The notes under the pieces were generated by a model. The model made no database searches. It saw only the letters and a list, made by a program, of their open reading frames with translations, and was not told where the DNA came from. Position numbers and translations under genes: made by a program. DNA of 60,081 bases from Eubacteriales bacterium. Its GTDB lineage: Bacteria; Bacillota; Clostridia; Oscillospirales; JAAYXM01. The stretch lies in NCBI GenBank assembly GCA_045652405.1, contig JAZRUF010000107.1:1-60081 (forward strand), in the 5' to 3' direction. Of the stretch, positions 28,357 through 38,108 are shown in pieces (position 1 is the first letter of the stretch; each line of letters begins with the position of its first letter).

Positions 28357-30034
28357 AAGGGCGGGGACAGACGTGCTTCTTGACAGATTTCTTCCGAGAA
28401 TAGAATTTGATTCATATGAGGATTTTAAGAAAAATTACAGAGTAAATGTACCGGAAAACTTCAATTTCGGATTTGACATTGTTGATGCGTGGGCAGAGCA
28501 GGAGCCGGAAAAACGCGCGTTGGTTTGGTGCGATGACCACGGCGGTGAAAAGGAGTTTACCTTTACTGATATTAAGCGTCTTTCAAACAAAGCTGCGAAT
28601 TTTTTAAAGGATTTGGGCATTGGTAAGGGCGATGTTGTAATGCTTATCCTACGCCGCAGATGGGAGTATTGGGTATGCGCAACCGCGTTACATAAGCTCG
28701 GCGCAACTCTTATCCCGGGTTCACTTCAGCTTACAAAGAAAGACATAGTCTACCGAGCAAATGCCGCAAATATAAAGGCGATAATATGTGTAAACGATGA
28801 TTTTGTAATAGACCAGGTAGAGAGTGCATGGGATGAAACCCCAAACCTCAAAAACCGTATCATGGTTGTTGACAAGCGCGACGGTTGGCTGTGCTTTGAA
28901 GATGAAATAGAAAAGTATTCGGATGTTTTTGAGCGCCCGACAGGTGAGGATGCTACAAAGATTGATGACATCATGCTCGTCTACTTTACCTCAGGAACTA
29001 CCGGGATGCCCAAAATGGTTCAGCACAACTTCGCATATCCGCTCGGACATATTGTTACAGCCAAGTATTGGCAGCAGGTTCAGGAGAATAAGTTGCATAT
29101 GAGCGTATCTGATTCCGGCTGGGCAAAGTTTGGCTGGGGAAAGATTTACGGTCAGTGGATTTGCGGAGCGGTTATCTTTGCTTATGATATGGACAAGTTT
29201 ATCCCCTTGAAGCTTCTTGAGAAGATAACTGAGCACAAGGTAACCACGTTCTGCGCACCGCCTACCATGTTCCGATTTATGCTGCAGGAGGATGTTACTA
29301 AGTTTGATTTAAGCTGCATAGAGCACTGCTGCATTGCGGGTGAACCGCTTAATCCGGAGGTGTTCAAGAAGTGGTACGAGGTTACCGGTCTTAAGCTGTG
29401 CGAGGGATTTGGTCAGAGTGAGTCATCGGTAATTTTAGCAAACTTCCAGTGGTTTGACCCGATTCCGGGTTCGATGGGTAAGCCATCTCCGCTTTATGAT
29501 ATTCAGCTTGTCGATGCCGATGATAACCCTTGTGAGGACGGTGACGAGGGTTCGGTTGTAGTAATGGATGTTGCTCATAATCCCCCGGTCGGACTGTTTA
29601 CCGGTTATTATAAGGATGAGGACCTGACTTGCGCAAACCTGGGCGGAAAGTATTACGATACCGGCGATATTGCATGGAGAGACAGTAACGGTTACTACTG
29701 GTTCGTCGGAAGAAATGACGATGTTATAAAATGCTCCGGATACCGAATTGGACCGTTTGAGGTTGAAAGTGCATTGATTGAGCATCCTGCGGTTGTAGAA
29801 TGTGCGATTACTGCAGCACCCGACCCGATTCGCGGTCAGGTGGTAAAGGCTACGGTAGTTCTGGCAAACGGATATGAGGGAAGCGATACACTTGTAAAAG
29901 AGCTTCAGGATTATGTTAAAAAAGTAACCGCGCCGTACAAGTACCCGAGAATTATTGAGTTTGTTGATGAACTTCCAAAGACCTTGGGTGGAAAAATTAA
30001 ACGTGCGGAAATCCGCAAGAAAGACCACGAATAA
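28346..30034 (+). CDS. AMP-forming acyl-CoA synthetase (medium-chain type)
   Basis: Has YFTSGTTGMPK, YDTGD and GKIKR motifs. The start is ambiguous: ATG at 28346, or GTG at 28373. Confidence 0.85.
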   Translation: MQNERAGTDVLLDRFLPRIEFDSYEDFKKNYRVNVPENFNFGFDIVDAWAEQEPEKRALVWCDDHGGEKEFTFTDIKRLSNKAANFLKDLGIGKGDVVMLILRRRWEYWVCATALHKLGATLIPGSLQLTKKDIVYRANAANIKAIICVNDDFVIDQVESAWDETPNLKNRIMVVDKRDGWLCFEDEIEKYSDVFERPTGEDATKIDDIMLVYFTSGTTGMPKMVQHNFAYPLGHIVTAKYWQQVQENKLHMSVSDSGWAKFGWGKIYGQWICGAVIFAYDMDKFIPLKLLEKITEHKVTTFCAPPTMFRFMLQEDVTKFDLSCIEHCCIAGEPLNPEVFKKWYEVTGLKLCEGFGQSESSVILANFQWFDPIPGSMGKPSPLYDIQLVDADDNPCEDGDEGSVVVMDVAHNPPVGLFTGYYKDEDLTCANLGGKYYDTGDIAWRDSNGYYWFVGRNDDVIKCSGYRIGPFEVESALIEHPAVVECAITAAPDPIRGQVVKATVVLANGYEGSDTLVKELQDYVKKVTAPYKYPRIIEFVDELPKTLGGKIKRAEIRKKDHE

Positions 30035-30063
30035 TACTTGATACAAAGGGCAAGGTGGTAGAG

Positions 30064-30789
30064 ATGGATAAAAGAGTTGATATTTTCGGGATAGGCTTTG
30101 ACGATGTGACTCTGCCTGAGGCAGTTGGGCGCGCCATGGCGTTAACTGAAGCGGACGGAAATCACATGGTTGTAACGCCGAACTCTGAAATTGCTTATAT
30201 GACCAAGGATGATTCAAAGCTCAAGGATATTATTAATAAGGCTGACCTTGTTGTACCTGACGGAATAGGAATAATCAAAGCCGCAAATATTCTTAAAACA
30301 CCCATGAAGGGCAAAGTTGCGGGAATAGAGCTCGGTGAAGCGCTCATTGAGCGTTTGAGCAAAACCGAAAAGAGAATATTCCTTTTAGGTGCAAAGCCTG
30401 GCGTTGCGCAAACCGCGGCGGATAATCTGGTAGAGAAATATCCGGGACTTGTAATTGCAGGCGTGCACGACGGCTACTTCAAGGACGATGCCGAGGTTGT
30501 TGATGAGATAAACGCAAGCGGTGCCGAGGTCCTGTTTGTATGCTTAGGCGCTCCCAAGCAGGAGTATTGGATGGGCAAGAACTTTTCAGCGCTTAATACA
30601 AAGCTGATGCTCGGTCTTGGCGGCTCATTGGATGTTTTTGCAGGTGAGGTTAAACGTGCACCTGAGTTTTGGATAAAGCTTGGGCTTGAGTGGTTTTACC
30701 GCCTTGCAAAACAGCCGTCAAGAATTGGACGCATGATGGCACTGCCTAAATTTATTTTTGCAGTGAAAAAGTATGCCAAAAAGAAATAA
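30064..30789 (+). CDS. WecB/TagA/CpsF family glycosyltransferase
   Basis: Has a VTPNSE block, PDGIGI and GAPKQE. The ATG at 30064 follows AAGGTGG. Confidence 0.85.
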   Translation: MDKRVDIFGIGFDDVTLPEAVGRAMALTEADGNHMVVTPNSEIAYMTKDDSKLKDIINKADLVVPDGIGIIKAANILKTPMKGKVAGIELGEALIERLSKTEKRIFLLGAKPGVAQTAADNLVEKYPGLVIAGVHDGYFKDDAEVVDEINASGAEVLFVCLGAPKQEYWMGKNFSALNTKLMLGLGGSLDVFAGEVKRAPEFWIKLGLEWFYRLAKQPSRIGRMMALPKFIFAVKKYAKKK

Positions 30790-30810
30790 AAGGGAACGAG
30801 TGAATTAAAA

Positions 30811-31467
30811 ATGCCTGGAAAACTGATTGTTTTAGAGGGAACTGACGCATCAGGGAAATCTACGCAGTTTAAGCTTTTGTGCAATAGGCTGCGTGAGGAA
30901 AAATGCGAGTTTAAAACGGTAACTTTCCCGAGATATAATGAAGAGTCATCTGCGCTTATACGCATGTATTTAAACGGTGATTTCGGCAAAAAGCCGGAGG
31001 ATGTTAATGCTCATACCGCGTCTGTTTTCTTTGCGGTTGACAGATGCGCCTCATACTTAAGCGATTGGCGTGAGTATTATCAGTCGGGAGGATTATTAAT
31101 ACTTGACAGATACACTACATCCAATGCAGTCCATCAGGGAGCTAAGATGAGTGAGGAAAAAAGGGCAGAGTTCTTTAACTGGCTCTTTGATTTGGAGTAC
31201 AATCTTCTGGGACTTCCGGCACCTGACCACGTGTTCTTACTGGATATGCCGATAAGCTGTGCGGCTGAGCTTCTTGCCCAGCGCGAAGGAAAGCAGATTG
31301 ATATACATGAGCATGACATGGGATACCTGCAGCAATGTTATGAGTCGGCAGCTCAGGCGGCGCAAATGTTTTCGTGGCACAGCATAAAATGCACGGAAAA
31401 TAATCATATTAGAACTATTGAGGATATACATTCCGAGTTATATACGCGTGTGCGAGAGGTTTTATAG
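30811..31467 (+). CDS. thymidylate kinase family protein
   Basis: Has an EGTDASGKST P-loop and a DRY motif. It may be a tmk paralogue. Confidence 0.75.
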   Translation: MPGKLIVLEGTDASGKSTQFKLLCNRLREEKCEFKTVTFPRYNEESSALIRMYLNGDFGKKPEDVNAHTASVFFAVDRCASYLSDWREYYQSGGLLILDRYTTSNAVHQGAKMSEEKRAEFFNWLFDLEYNLLGLPAPDHVFLLDMPISCAAELLAQREGKQIDIHEHDMGYLQQCYESAAQAAQMFSWHSIKCTENNHIRTIEDIHSELYTRVREVL

Positions 31468-31486
31468 AAGGTAAGGGACGTTTAAC

Positions 31487-32392
31487 ATGATGCTTGATTT
31501 TGAGCCGGTTGATATTTCACACAGAGAGCGAGCAGGGAAATATCTGTGCTGTGAAAACGCCATACATGCGGAGGGGTCATTCAATGCGTTGTATGCATGG
31601 GCGAAGTTTTTTAATACACAACTGTGTTTTTATGAAGATTTTCTCTTTATACGTTCAGGCAAAAATGGGAATAATTTTTATCAAATGCCGAGGGGCGAGG
31701 GCGACTCTGTCCACGCGATAGAGTTAATATGTAACGACGCAAAAGAGCGTGGCACGAGGCCTACGCTTATTAGTGTTACCGAGTGTATGCGTGAGCGCCT
31801 GGAAGATATTATGCCCGGTGCATTTGATTTTTTTGAGGACCGCGACAGCTTCGATTATGTTTATAACGCAAAAGACTTGATTGAACTTGCGGGAAGAACG
31901 TTCCATCAGAAGAGAAATAACGTTAATAAGTTTAAAAAGCTTCTTGACGGCAGATATGAATATCATGACTTTACCTCGGCTGATTTAGCGGAGGTATATG
32001 AGTTTCAGAAGTACTGGCTTGAAAAAAACATAAACGATGATAACCGTGTCTCTCTTGAAGGCGAAATGACGGTGATAGAGAGAATATTTAAAAATTTTGA
32101 TGAACTGGGTTATGTTGGAGGACTCATCAGAGTCGATGAAAAGATTGCCGCATACAGTATAGGTTCGCGCTTGTGCAGCAATGCGTTTTTGGTATCGGTA
32201 GAAAAAGCGGATATACAGTATCCGGGCATTTATCAGGCGATAAATCAGTTTTTTGCCGCGAGCCATTGCACAGACGTGCGATACATTAACCGTGAGGATG
32301 ATGCGGGCTCTGAGGGATTGCGTAAAGCAAAGCTTTCGTACCACCCTGAAATTTTGCTTACAAAATACAGAGCGGTTTGGAAAAGGGACTGA
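31487..32392 (+). CDS. DUF2156 (lysyl-PG synthase C-terminal-like) domain protein
   Basis: Size and the FHQKRN / GLRKAKLSY blocks are typical of this GNAT-like fold. Confidence 0.6.
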   Translation: MMLDFEPVDISHRERAGKYLCCENAIHAEGSFNALYAWAKFFNTQLCFYEDFLFIRSGKNGNNFYQMPRGEGDSVHAIELICNDAKERGTRPTLISVTECMRERLEDIMPGAFDFFEDRDSFDYVYNAKDLIELAGRTFHQKRNNVNKFKKLLDGRYEYHDFTSADLAEVYEFQKYWLEKNINDDNRVSLEGEMTVIERIFKNFDELGYVGGLIRVDEKIAAYSIGSRLCSNAFLVSVEKADIQYPGIYQAINQFFAASHCTDVRYINREDDAGSEGLRKAKLSYHPEILLTKYRAVWKRD

Positions 32393-32394
32393 AC

Positions 32395-33249
32395 ATGGAA
32401 AAATACTGCGTAAGACACGGCGAAGAGAACGACTTTGAACAATTACGTGAGCTGTGGGAGATATGCTTTCCGGAGGCTCCTGAATTTAACGTTTTTTTCT
32501 TTGAAAGAATGTATAATACCTGTGCGGTAAGGCTCATTTCATGTTCGGGGAAAATTGCCGCAGCGCTGTATGTTTTCCCATACTCGTTTATTAAAAAAGG
32601 ACAAACCGAGCTTAAAGGATATTATCTTTACGGCGTGGGTACGCACCCTGAAATGCGTGGACGCGGACTTGCAGGAATTCTTTTGAATGAAACGCTCAAA
32701 GAAGCGCGTGAGTGCGGCATGGATTTATGTATGCTGGTTCCGCAGAATGAAGGACTTTTCGCATTTTATGAGAAGTTTGGATTTTTACCTGCGTTTGGCA
32801 TGCAAGAAAAGCTTTATCACGCGAGCGCTAGTGGGGAAAAGAATGTGCGCAAAGCATGTGCGACGGATATAGAAAGTATAAACGCTATATATGAAGCGTG
32901 TTTTGGCGATAAGCTTCACGTGAAGAGAACATATGAAGAATGGAAGCTTCTTATTGAAGAGTTTGAGCTCTCGGGTGGCGGTATTTACCTGCTTGAAGAG
33001 TGCGGGAAGCCGGTCTCATACGGAACGTATGCCGAGGAGAATGGGAGAGCAACCGTAAGGGAAATTGCCACAGAGGATGATAAATATGTTGATGCCGTGC
33101 TCGAAGGTATAGCGAGGGTATCGGATAAAAGCGATATTAATATCTTTATGCCGTGCGGTGAGGTGTGTTACGGAAGCGTGTGCCCGCTCAGTCAGGCGGC
33201 AGAAGAGTTTGATTTTAAAGATGCATATATGAATTTAATGCACAGCTGA
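32395..33249 (+). CDS. GNAT family N-acetyltransferase
   Basis: Has an HPEMRGRGLAG acetyl-CoA loop. The ATG lies 2 nt after the upstream stop. Confidence 0.75.
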   Translation: MEKYCVRHGEENDFEQLRELWEICFPEAPEFNVFFFERMYNTCAVRLISCSGKIAAALYVFPYSFIKKGQTELKGYYLYGVGTHPEMRGRGLAGILLNETLKEARECGMDLCMLVPQNEGLFAFYEKFGFLPAFGMQEKLYHASASGEKNVRKACATDIESINAIYEACFGDKLHVKRTYEEWKLLIEEFELSGGGIYLLEECGKPVSYGTYAEENGRATVREIATEDDKYVDAVLEGIARVSDKSDINIFMPCGEVCYGSVCPLSQAAEEFDFKDAYMNLMHS

Positions 33250-33272
33250 TATGGAAAGGTGAGTATTTAAAA

Positions 33273-33818
33273 ATGGTTTACGTTTTGGTTGCTGACGGAT
33301 TTGAGGAAACCGAGCTTATTGTGCCTGTGGATATACTCAGGCGCGGAGGGGCGGACGTAAAGCTCGTCGGTGTGCACGGCAGCGAGGCGCGCAGCACGCG
33401 CGGAATAACTGTAAAGACGGATATTTGTCTTGATGACTTGATAATATATGAAATGGATATGCTTGTACTCCCCGGCGGTCAGCCCGGAGTAGATAACCTG
33501 TGGGCTGATGAGCGCGTCAGATTGCTTGTAAAGCAGGCGGCTGCAGCCGGGAAGATTGTAGGCGCTATTTGTGCCGCACCCATGATTTTGGGAAGGCTTG
33601 GTCTTCTGGATGGCAAAAAGGCGGTGTGTTATCCGGGATGTGAAGGCGATTTAAAAGGTGCGCAGATTTCGGAAAAATCCGGTTGTGTATCTGACGGTAC
33701 GTTTATAACCGCCAAAGGTGCGGGGGCAGCATTCCAATTTGGATTTTCGCTTCTTTCAGCGCTCAAAGGGAAAACAGTTGCCGATGACGTAGCTACGGAA
33801 ATTCAGTATAAGAAATAG
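33273..33818 (+). CDS. DJ-1/PfpI family protein
   Basis: AICAAP nucleophile elbow and a LPGG block. Confidence 0.85.
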   Translation: MVYVLVADGFEETELIVPVDILRRGGADVKLVGVHGSEARSTRGITVKTDICLDDLIIYEMDMLVLPGGQPGVDNLWADERVRLLVKQAAAAGKIVGAICAAPMILGRLGLLDGKKAVCYPGCEGDLKGAQISEKSGCVSDGTFITAKGAGAAFQFGFSLLSALKGKTVADDVATEIQYKK

Positions 33819-33836
33819 AATTTGCGGGTGGTTTAA

Positions 33837-34397
33837 ATGGATAAAAAGCTGCTGCGTAAAATACATATGGAAGAGCTCGTGCGAATGCAGGAGAGTAGGA
33901 TGGTTGAGGCAGATTTTAAAATTTGCAAAAACATACTGCAATCAGAAGAGTACAAAAACGCTAAAAAACTGTTTTTATATGTAAGTGTAGGAAAAGAGGT
34001 CAGTACACGTAAGCTTATATCGCAGGCACTTGGGGACGGTAAAAAGGTATATATTCCCATATGCTACGGTGGCGGTATTATGCATGCGGCACGGCTTAAA
34101 AGCGAAGATGAGTTAGTCGGGGGGCGTTACGGTATTCCAACGGTTTCGGAGGAAAGTGAAAAGGCACTGCCCGATGAGCTTGATTTCATACTCGTACCCG
34201 GTGTATGTTTTGACAGGCGAGGAAACCGTTTGGGGCGTGGTGGCGGATATTATGACCGGTACCTTGCAAATGACATTGGAGCGTCTCTTGTAGGCGTGTG
34301 TCGCAAAGAGCAGCTTCTTGATTATATGAATGTTGATGAGCACGACAGGAAAGTCAATATAATCATAAGCGATGAAGAGATTGTACGCATAAAATAG
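33837..34397 (+). CDS. 5-formyltetrahydrofolate cyclo-ligase
   Basis: Has the RLGRGGGYYDR signature. Confidence 0.85.
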   Translation: MDKKLLRKIHMEELVRMQESRMVEADFKICKNILQSEEYKNAKKLFLYVSVGKEVSTRKLISQALGDGKKVYIPICYGGGIMHAARLKSEDELVGGRYGIPTVSEESEKALPDELDFILVPGVCFDRRGNRLGRGGGYYDRYLANDIGASLVGVCRKEQLLDYMNVDEHDRKVNIIISDEEIVRIK

Positions 34398-34402
34398 ACA
34401 AA

Positions 34403-34423
34403 GGCTCCGGAAAATCCGGAGCC
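34403..34423. terminator. hairpin, probable terminator mainly for the minus-strand micro-ORF
   Basis: GGCTCCGGA-aaa-TCCGGAGCC. The T-rich tail is present only on the minus strand (TTTGTCTATTTT). Confidence 0.5.
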
Positions 34424-34456
34424 CCGTACAAAGGGTATGGACATTTGCGTTAAGGA

Positions 34457-34540
34457 TTAGTTGCAGCAACAGCAGAGAACAACGATGATTACAAGAATCC
34501 AAATCCAGTTGCAGTCGTCAAAAATATTGTTAAAGCACAC
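34457..34540 (-). CDS. 27-aa hydrophobic Cys-rich peptide (not on the ORF track)
   Basis: GAGAGGTG RBS, 7 nt, GTG, then VCFNNIFDDCNWIWILVIIVVLCCCCN*. A hairpin with a T-tract lies downstream. The composition resembles tiny sporulation peptides of Firmicutes. Confidence 0.4.
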   Translation of the reverse strand: MCFNNIFDDCNWIWILVIIVVLCCCCN

Positions 34541-34640
34541 GATATTTCACCTCTCTTTATTGGCTCTGGTTTATACTATGCCAAAGCATGCGAGAGTGTC
34601 ACAGTGTTGGGATAATAATTTGAAAGGCAGGGGATATACA

Positions 34641-35744
34641 GTGGCAGGTTACAGAAACGAGAGAACCCAGAAATTTGATGTTCGGCAGACTTCTGCAGGA
34701 CGCAGGAAATCAAAGAAAAAGAAGATAAATAAAAACGCGCTGATGATGTACTGGGCGTTTGTTCTCGGGGTATCAATGCTTCTTTCGGCGTTTATTATAG
34801 TTGCCGCCAATGAGGTGTTTGCATTTAAAAAGCCGGACTATACTGCGGTTGTAGAAATACCCGAAAATGCGGGCACGTATCAGGTCGCACGCATATTGAA
34901 AAAGGCGGATATTATAAATCATCCGATGCTCTTTAGCTTTTTTGTCGGGCTTACAACCGATGATGTAAAGTTTATCGCCGGAAAACACGAGCCGAATGCG
35001 GCGCTTGATTACAGAGCACTTCTGCGTACGTTAACGCGCAAGTCAACATATAAGGAGACTGTGCGTGTAACAATACCTGAGGGATATAACATTAAGCAAA
35101 TAGTCGACCTTATGGTGGAAAATGGTGTTTGCGAAAAACAAGCGATTGAGGATGTACTCAAGGGGCATGACTTTGAAGAGACGATTCTTGAGAATTTAAA
35201 GACAGGCGAGCTAAATCGTCTTGAGGGCTACTTATTCCCGGATACCTATGAGTTTTATGTGGGCGATGACCCGGTACGCGTAGTAAATAAGCTTATCTCA
35301 AACTTTAAAAATAAATTCACCAACGCTATGGTATCCAGAGCGGGTGAGCTCAACATGACGGTTCATGAAGTCATCACGCTTGCCTCAATTATAGAGAAGG
35401 AAGCTACAGCGGCTGACCGCGAAAAAATTTCGTCTGTGTTCCATAACAGACTTGATAGCAAAAGCTATCCGTACCTTGAATCGTGCGCTACGGTTCAGTA
35501 TGCGCTGGGCACTAATAAGAAGGTGCTGACGATAGAGGATACTAAGGTTAAAAGTCCGTATAACACGTATGAGAACAAGGGATTGCCGCCGGGACCGATA
35601 GCAAGTCCGGGAATAGAGGCTATTGAGGCGGCGTTGTATCCGGCGGACACGGATTACCTGTTCTTTGCTCTGCAGGAAAACGGAACGCACAAATTCTCGA
35701 AAACATACGCAGAGCACCAAAAAGTGCCCAATTTAAATCCGTAA
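34641..35744 (+). CDS. mltG: endolytic murein transglycosylase MltG (YceG-like)
   Basis: Basic N-terminus, one TM segment, and the LEGYLFPDTY and ASIIEKE signatures. I chose the GTG at 34641. The track's N-terminal extension from 34461 is antisense to the micro-ORF and looks non-coding. Confidence 0.85.
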   Translation: MAGYRNERTQKFDVRQTSAGRRKSKKKKINKNALMMYWAFVLGVSMLLSAFIIVAANEVFAFKKPDYTAVVEIPENAGTYQVARILKKADIINHPMLFSFFVGLTTDDVKFIAGKHEPNAALDYRALLRTLTRKSTYKETVRVTIPEGYNIKQIVDLMVENGVCEKQAIEDVLKGHDFEETILENLKTGELNRLEGYLFPDTYEFYVGDDPVRVVNKLISNFKNKFTNAMVSRAGELNMTVHEVITLASIIEKEATAADREKISSVFHNRLDSKSYPYLESCATVQYALGTNKKVLTIEDTKVKSPYNTYENKGLPPGPIASPGIEAIEAALYPADTDYLFFALQENGTHKFSKTYAEHQKVPNLNP

Positions 35745-35772
35745 TTAAGATATGATAAAAGGCGGGAAAGTT

Positions 35773-36993
35773 ATGAAGAGACCGGAGCTTTTGTCACCGG
35801 CAGGGGATAGAGAAAAGCTTGAAACCGCGCTTGCATACGGCGCAGACGCGGTATACCTGGCAGGCGAGGAATTTGGAATGCGCTGTGCATCTGAAAACTT
35901 TTCGGAGGATAGCATCGCAGACGCGATAGCGTATGCCCATAAACGAGGGGCGGCGGTATATGTTACTTTAAATACAATGCCGCGCAACGATGAAGTTGCG
36001 CGGCTACCCGCATTTCTTGAGGTGCTTGAGAGTGCAGGTGCAGATGCGGTCATTGTCGCAGATATAGGTGTTATGACGGCGGTTAAAAAATACGCGCCGA
36101 ATGTTAAAATTCATATAAGCACTCAGGCAAGCATTGTAAATTATCAAAGTGCGAATGCGTGGCATGAGCTGGGCGCAGACCGTATAGTTTTAGCGCGTGA
36201 ACTCAGTCTTGACGAAATTCGCGAGATACGTGCAAAAACTCCTGCCAAGCTTGAGATAGAGACGTTTGTGCACGGAGCAATGTGTATGTCCTACTCCGGG
36301 CGGTGTATGCTCTCAACATATATGACCGGGCGTGACTCTAACCGGGGACGCTGTGCTCAACCTTGCCGGTGGAAATATGCGGTTGTAGAAGAAAAACGTC
36401 CGGGCGAGTATTATGAAATTTGCGAGGATGGAAAAGGTACGTACATATTCAACTCAAAGGATATGTGCATGATTGAGCATATCCCTGAGCTTATTGATGC
36501 GGGGATTGACAGCTTTAAGATAGAAGGCCGCGTCAAATCTGCATTTTACAATGCGACGATAACAAATGCCTACAGAATGGCGATTGACTCATATCTGGAA
36601 TGTCCGGAAAAATGGAATCCCAAGGGTCCGTGGTCAGAGGAGGTTCACAAGGTAAGCCATCGCGAATACTTTACCGGTTTTTATTTTAGAGAAACACCCA
36701 GCGAGTATCACAGGGACTCGATGTATATTCGTGACTGGGATGTTGCAGCGGTTGTTTTGGATTGTGATGTCGATGGAAAAGCGCGCATAAGCGTGCGAAA
36801 TCGCTTTTTTAGCGGGGATGATTTGGAACTTCTTGAGCCCAAAAAGGAAACATGCGCGTTTAAAGCCGAGCTTTTTGATTTGGACGGTGAGCCGCTTGAG
36901 GTTGCGCGCCATGCCAAGATGGAAGCGCATATAACCTTGCCGCGCCAAGCAGTAGCGGGCGCAATGCTCAGAGTAAGACGTGGCGAGGAATGA
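35773..36993 (+). CDS. U32 family peptidase (YrrN/YrrO / TrhP-like)
   Basis: Has PELLSPAG at the N-terminus and the E.F.HGA.C..YSG.C signature. Confidence 0.85.
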   Translation: MKRPELLSPAGDREKLETALAYGADAVYLAGEEFGMRCASENFSEDSIADAIAYAHKRGAAVYVTLNTMPRNDEVARLPAFLEVLESAGADAVIVADIGVMTAVKKYAPNVKIHISTQASIVNYQSANAWHELGADRIVLARELSLDEIREIRAKTPAKLEIETFVHGAMCMSYSGRCMLSTYMTGRDSNRGRCAQPCRWKYAVVEEKRPGEYYEICEDGKGTYIFNSKDMCMIEHIPELIDAGIDSFKIEGRVKSAFYNATITNAYRMAIDSYLECPEKWNPKGPWSEEVHKVSHREYFTGFYFRETPSEYHRDSMYIRDWDVAAVVLDCDVDGKARISVRNRFFSGDDLELLEPKKETCAFKAELFDLDGEPLEVARHAKMEAHITLPRQAVAGAMLRVRRGEE

Positions 36994-37898
36994 ACAGAGT
37001 AATTAAACACTGCGTCACAGCGGCGCAGGATGGCTCTTTTTTGCGCGATTTGCTAAGACGTGAGATTTCTATATCCGCAAAGCTACTTGCGAGGATAAAA
37101 CGCACTGCGGGCGGAATAACATTGAACGGAGAATCTGTACATGTCAATGTGCGGGTAAAACAAGGGGATATTATCAAAGTTGTAATTGAAAACAATGAAA
37201 GCGCATGTGCAAATCTTATCCCTGTGCCCGGAAAGCTTGATATTTACTATGAGGATGAAGATGTCCTTGTAATAAATAAACCGGCTGGGATACCGGTTCA
37301 ACCCGCCATAGGTGCACCTGAAGGTGCGTTGGGGAATATAGTTGTCTGGCACTATGCTCAAAAAGGCGAAAATGTGATTTTCAGACCTGTTAACAGACTT
37401 GATAGCGGTACATCCGGTCTTATGGCTGTGGCAAAGAACAGCCATGTGCATACCGCACTCATAAAGACGCTGCATACTGGGCAGTTTAAGCGTAAGTACC
37501 GCGCGATAGTACACGGTAGATTTAGCCGAGAGTGCGGTAGTGTAGAAGCTCCTATTTGCAGAGTGGAAGGCTCGGTGCTTAAAAGGATGGTTCATCCGGA
37601 TGGGAAGTGGGCTAAAACGAATTATCGCGTTCTCGAAGAAATCGGGGATTGCAGCCTTATTGAGCTTGAACTTATGAGTGGGAGAACTCATCAGATCCGC
37701 GTGCATATGTCACATATAGGTCATCCGCTTGTCGGCGATTTTTTGTACGGAATAGAAGAGGTGGAAGTAATAGGAAGATTTGCGCTTCACTCTGCAGAAA
37801 TGAGGTTTACTCATCCTATTTCGAGCGTAGAGATTATCTTAAAATCCGATTTACCCGAGGATATGTGTGATGCAATGAGAAAAATCAGCAGTATCTGA
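36990..37898 (+). CDS. RluA family pseudouridine synthase
   Basis: S4-like N-terminus, the HRLD-type motif (NRLDSGTSGL), and GRTHQIR. Confidence 0.9.
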   Translation: MNRVIKHCVTAAQDGSFLRDLLRREISISAKLLARIKRTAGGITLNGESVHVNVRVKQGDIIKVVIENNESACANLIPVPGKLDIYYEDEDVLVINKPAGIPVQPAIGAPEGALGNIVVWHYAQKGENVIFRPVNRLDSGTSGLMAVAKNSHVHTALIKTLHTGQFKRKYRAIVHGRFSRECGSVEAPICRVEGSVLKRMVHPDGKWAKTNYRVLEEIGDCSLIELELMSGRTHQIRVHMSHIGHPLVGDFLYGIEEVEVIGRFALHSAEMRFTHPISSVEIILKSDLPEDMCDAMRKISSI

Positions 37899-37938
37899 AA
37901 TAAAAACAAAAAAACTTATAAAAAGTCTGAAATAACTC

Positions 37939-37967
37939 TTGACAATCAGCTCGGAAATCTCTATAAT
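37939..37967 (+). promoter_or_regulatory. consensus sigmaA promoter TTGACA-17-TATAAT
   Basis: An exact hexamer pair lies about 20 nt upstream of tRNA-Pro. Confidence 0.8.
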
Positions 37968-37986
37968 ATAACAAGTGTTGAGACAA

Positions 37987-38063
37987 CGGGTTGTGGCTCA
38001 GTTTGGTAGAGCGCTGCGTTCGGGACGCAGAGGCCGCAGGTTCAAATCCTGTCAACCCGACCA
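37987..38063 (+). tRNA. tRNA-Pro (anticodon CGG), CCA encoded
   Basis: The cloverleaf folds by hand. Acceptor is CGGGTTG/CAACCCG, anticodon arm is CTGCG-ttCGGga-CGCAG, and T-arm is GCAGG-ttcaaat-CCTGT. Confidence 0.95.
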
Positions 38064-38067
38064 AAAT

Positions 38068-38103
38068 AAAGGAATCTCGAAAACCGAGGTTCCTTTGTTT
38101 TTT
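38068..38103 (+). terminator. intrinsic terminator of tRNA-Pro
   Basis: AAAGGAATCTCG-aaaac-CGAGGTTCCTTT followed by GTTTTTT. Confidence 0.85.
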
Positions 38104-38108
38104 GTTTA

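Noticed and set aside
29435-30217. Long antisense ORFs on the track: 192-878, 1177-1800, 2603-3448, 17175-17834, 29435-30217, 51448-52101, 55414-56175 and 20708-21121.
   Set aside because: Each lies fully inside a gene with clear family motifs on the opposite strand. Each has an odd composition (Ser/Arg/His/Cys-rich or low complexity) and lacks an RBS. They are shadow ORFs.
34461-34640. N-terminal 60 codons of track ORF 34461-35744 (MQQQQRTTMITRIQ...).
   Set aside because: This part has low complexity and no RBS. It overlaps a terminator hairpin region and a better-supported antisense micro-ORF. MltG homologues begin with a short basic segment followed by a TM helix, which fits the GTG at 34641.
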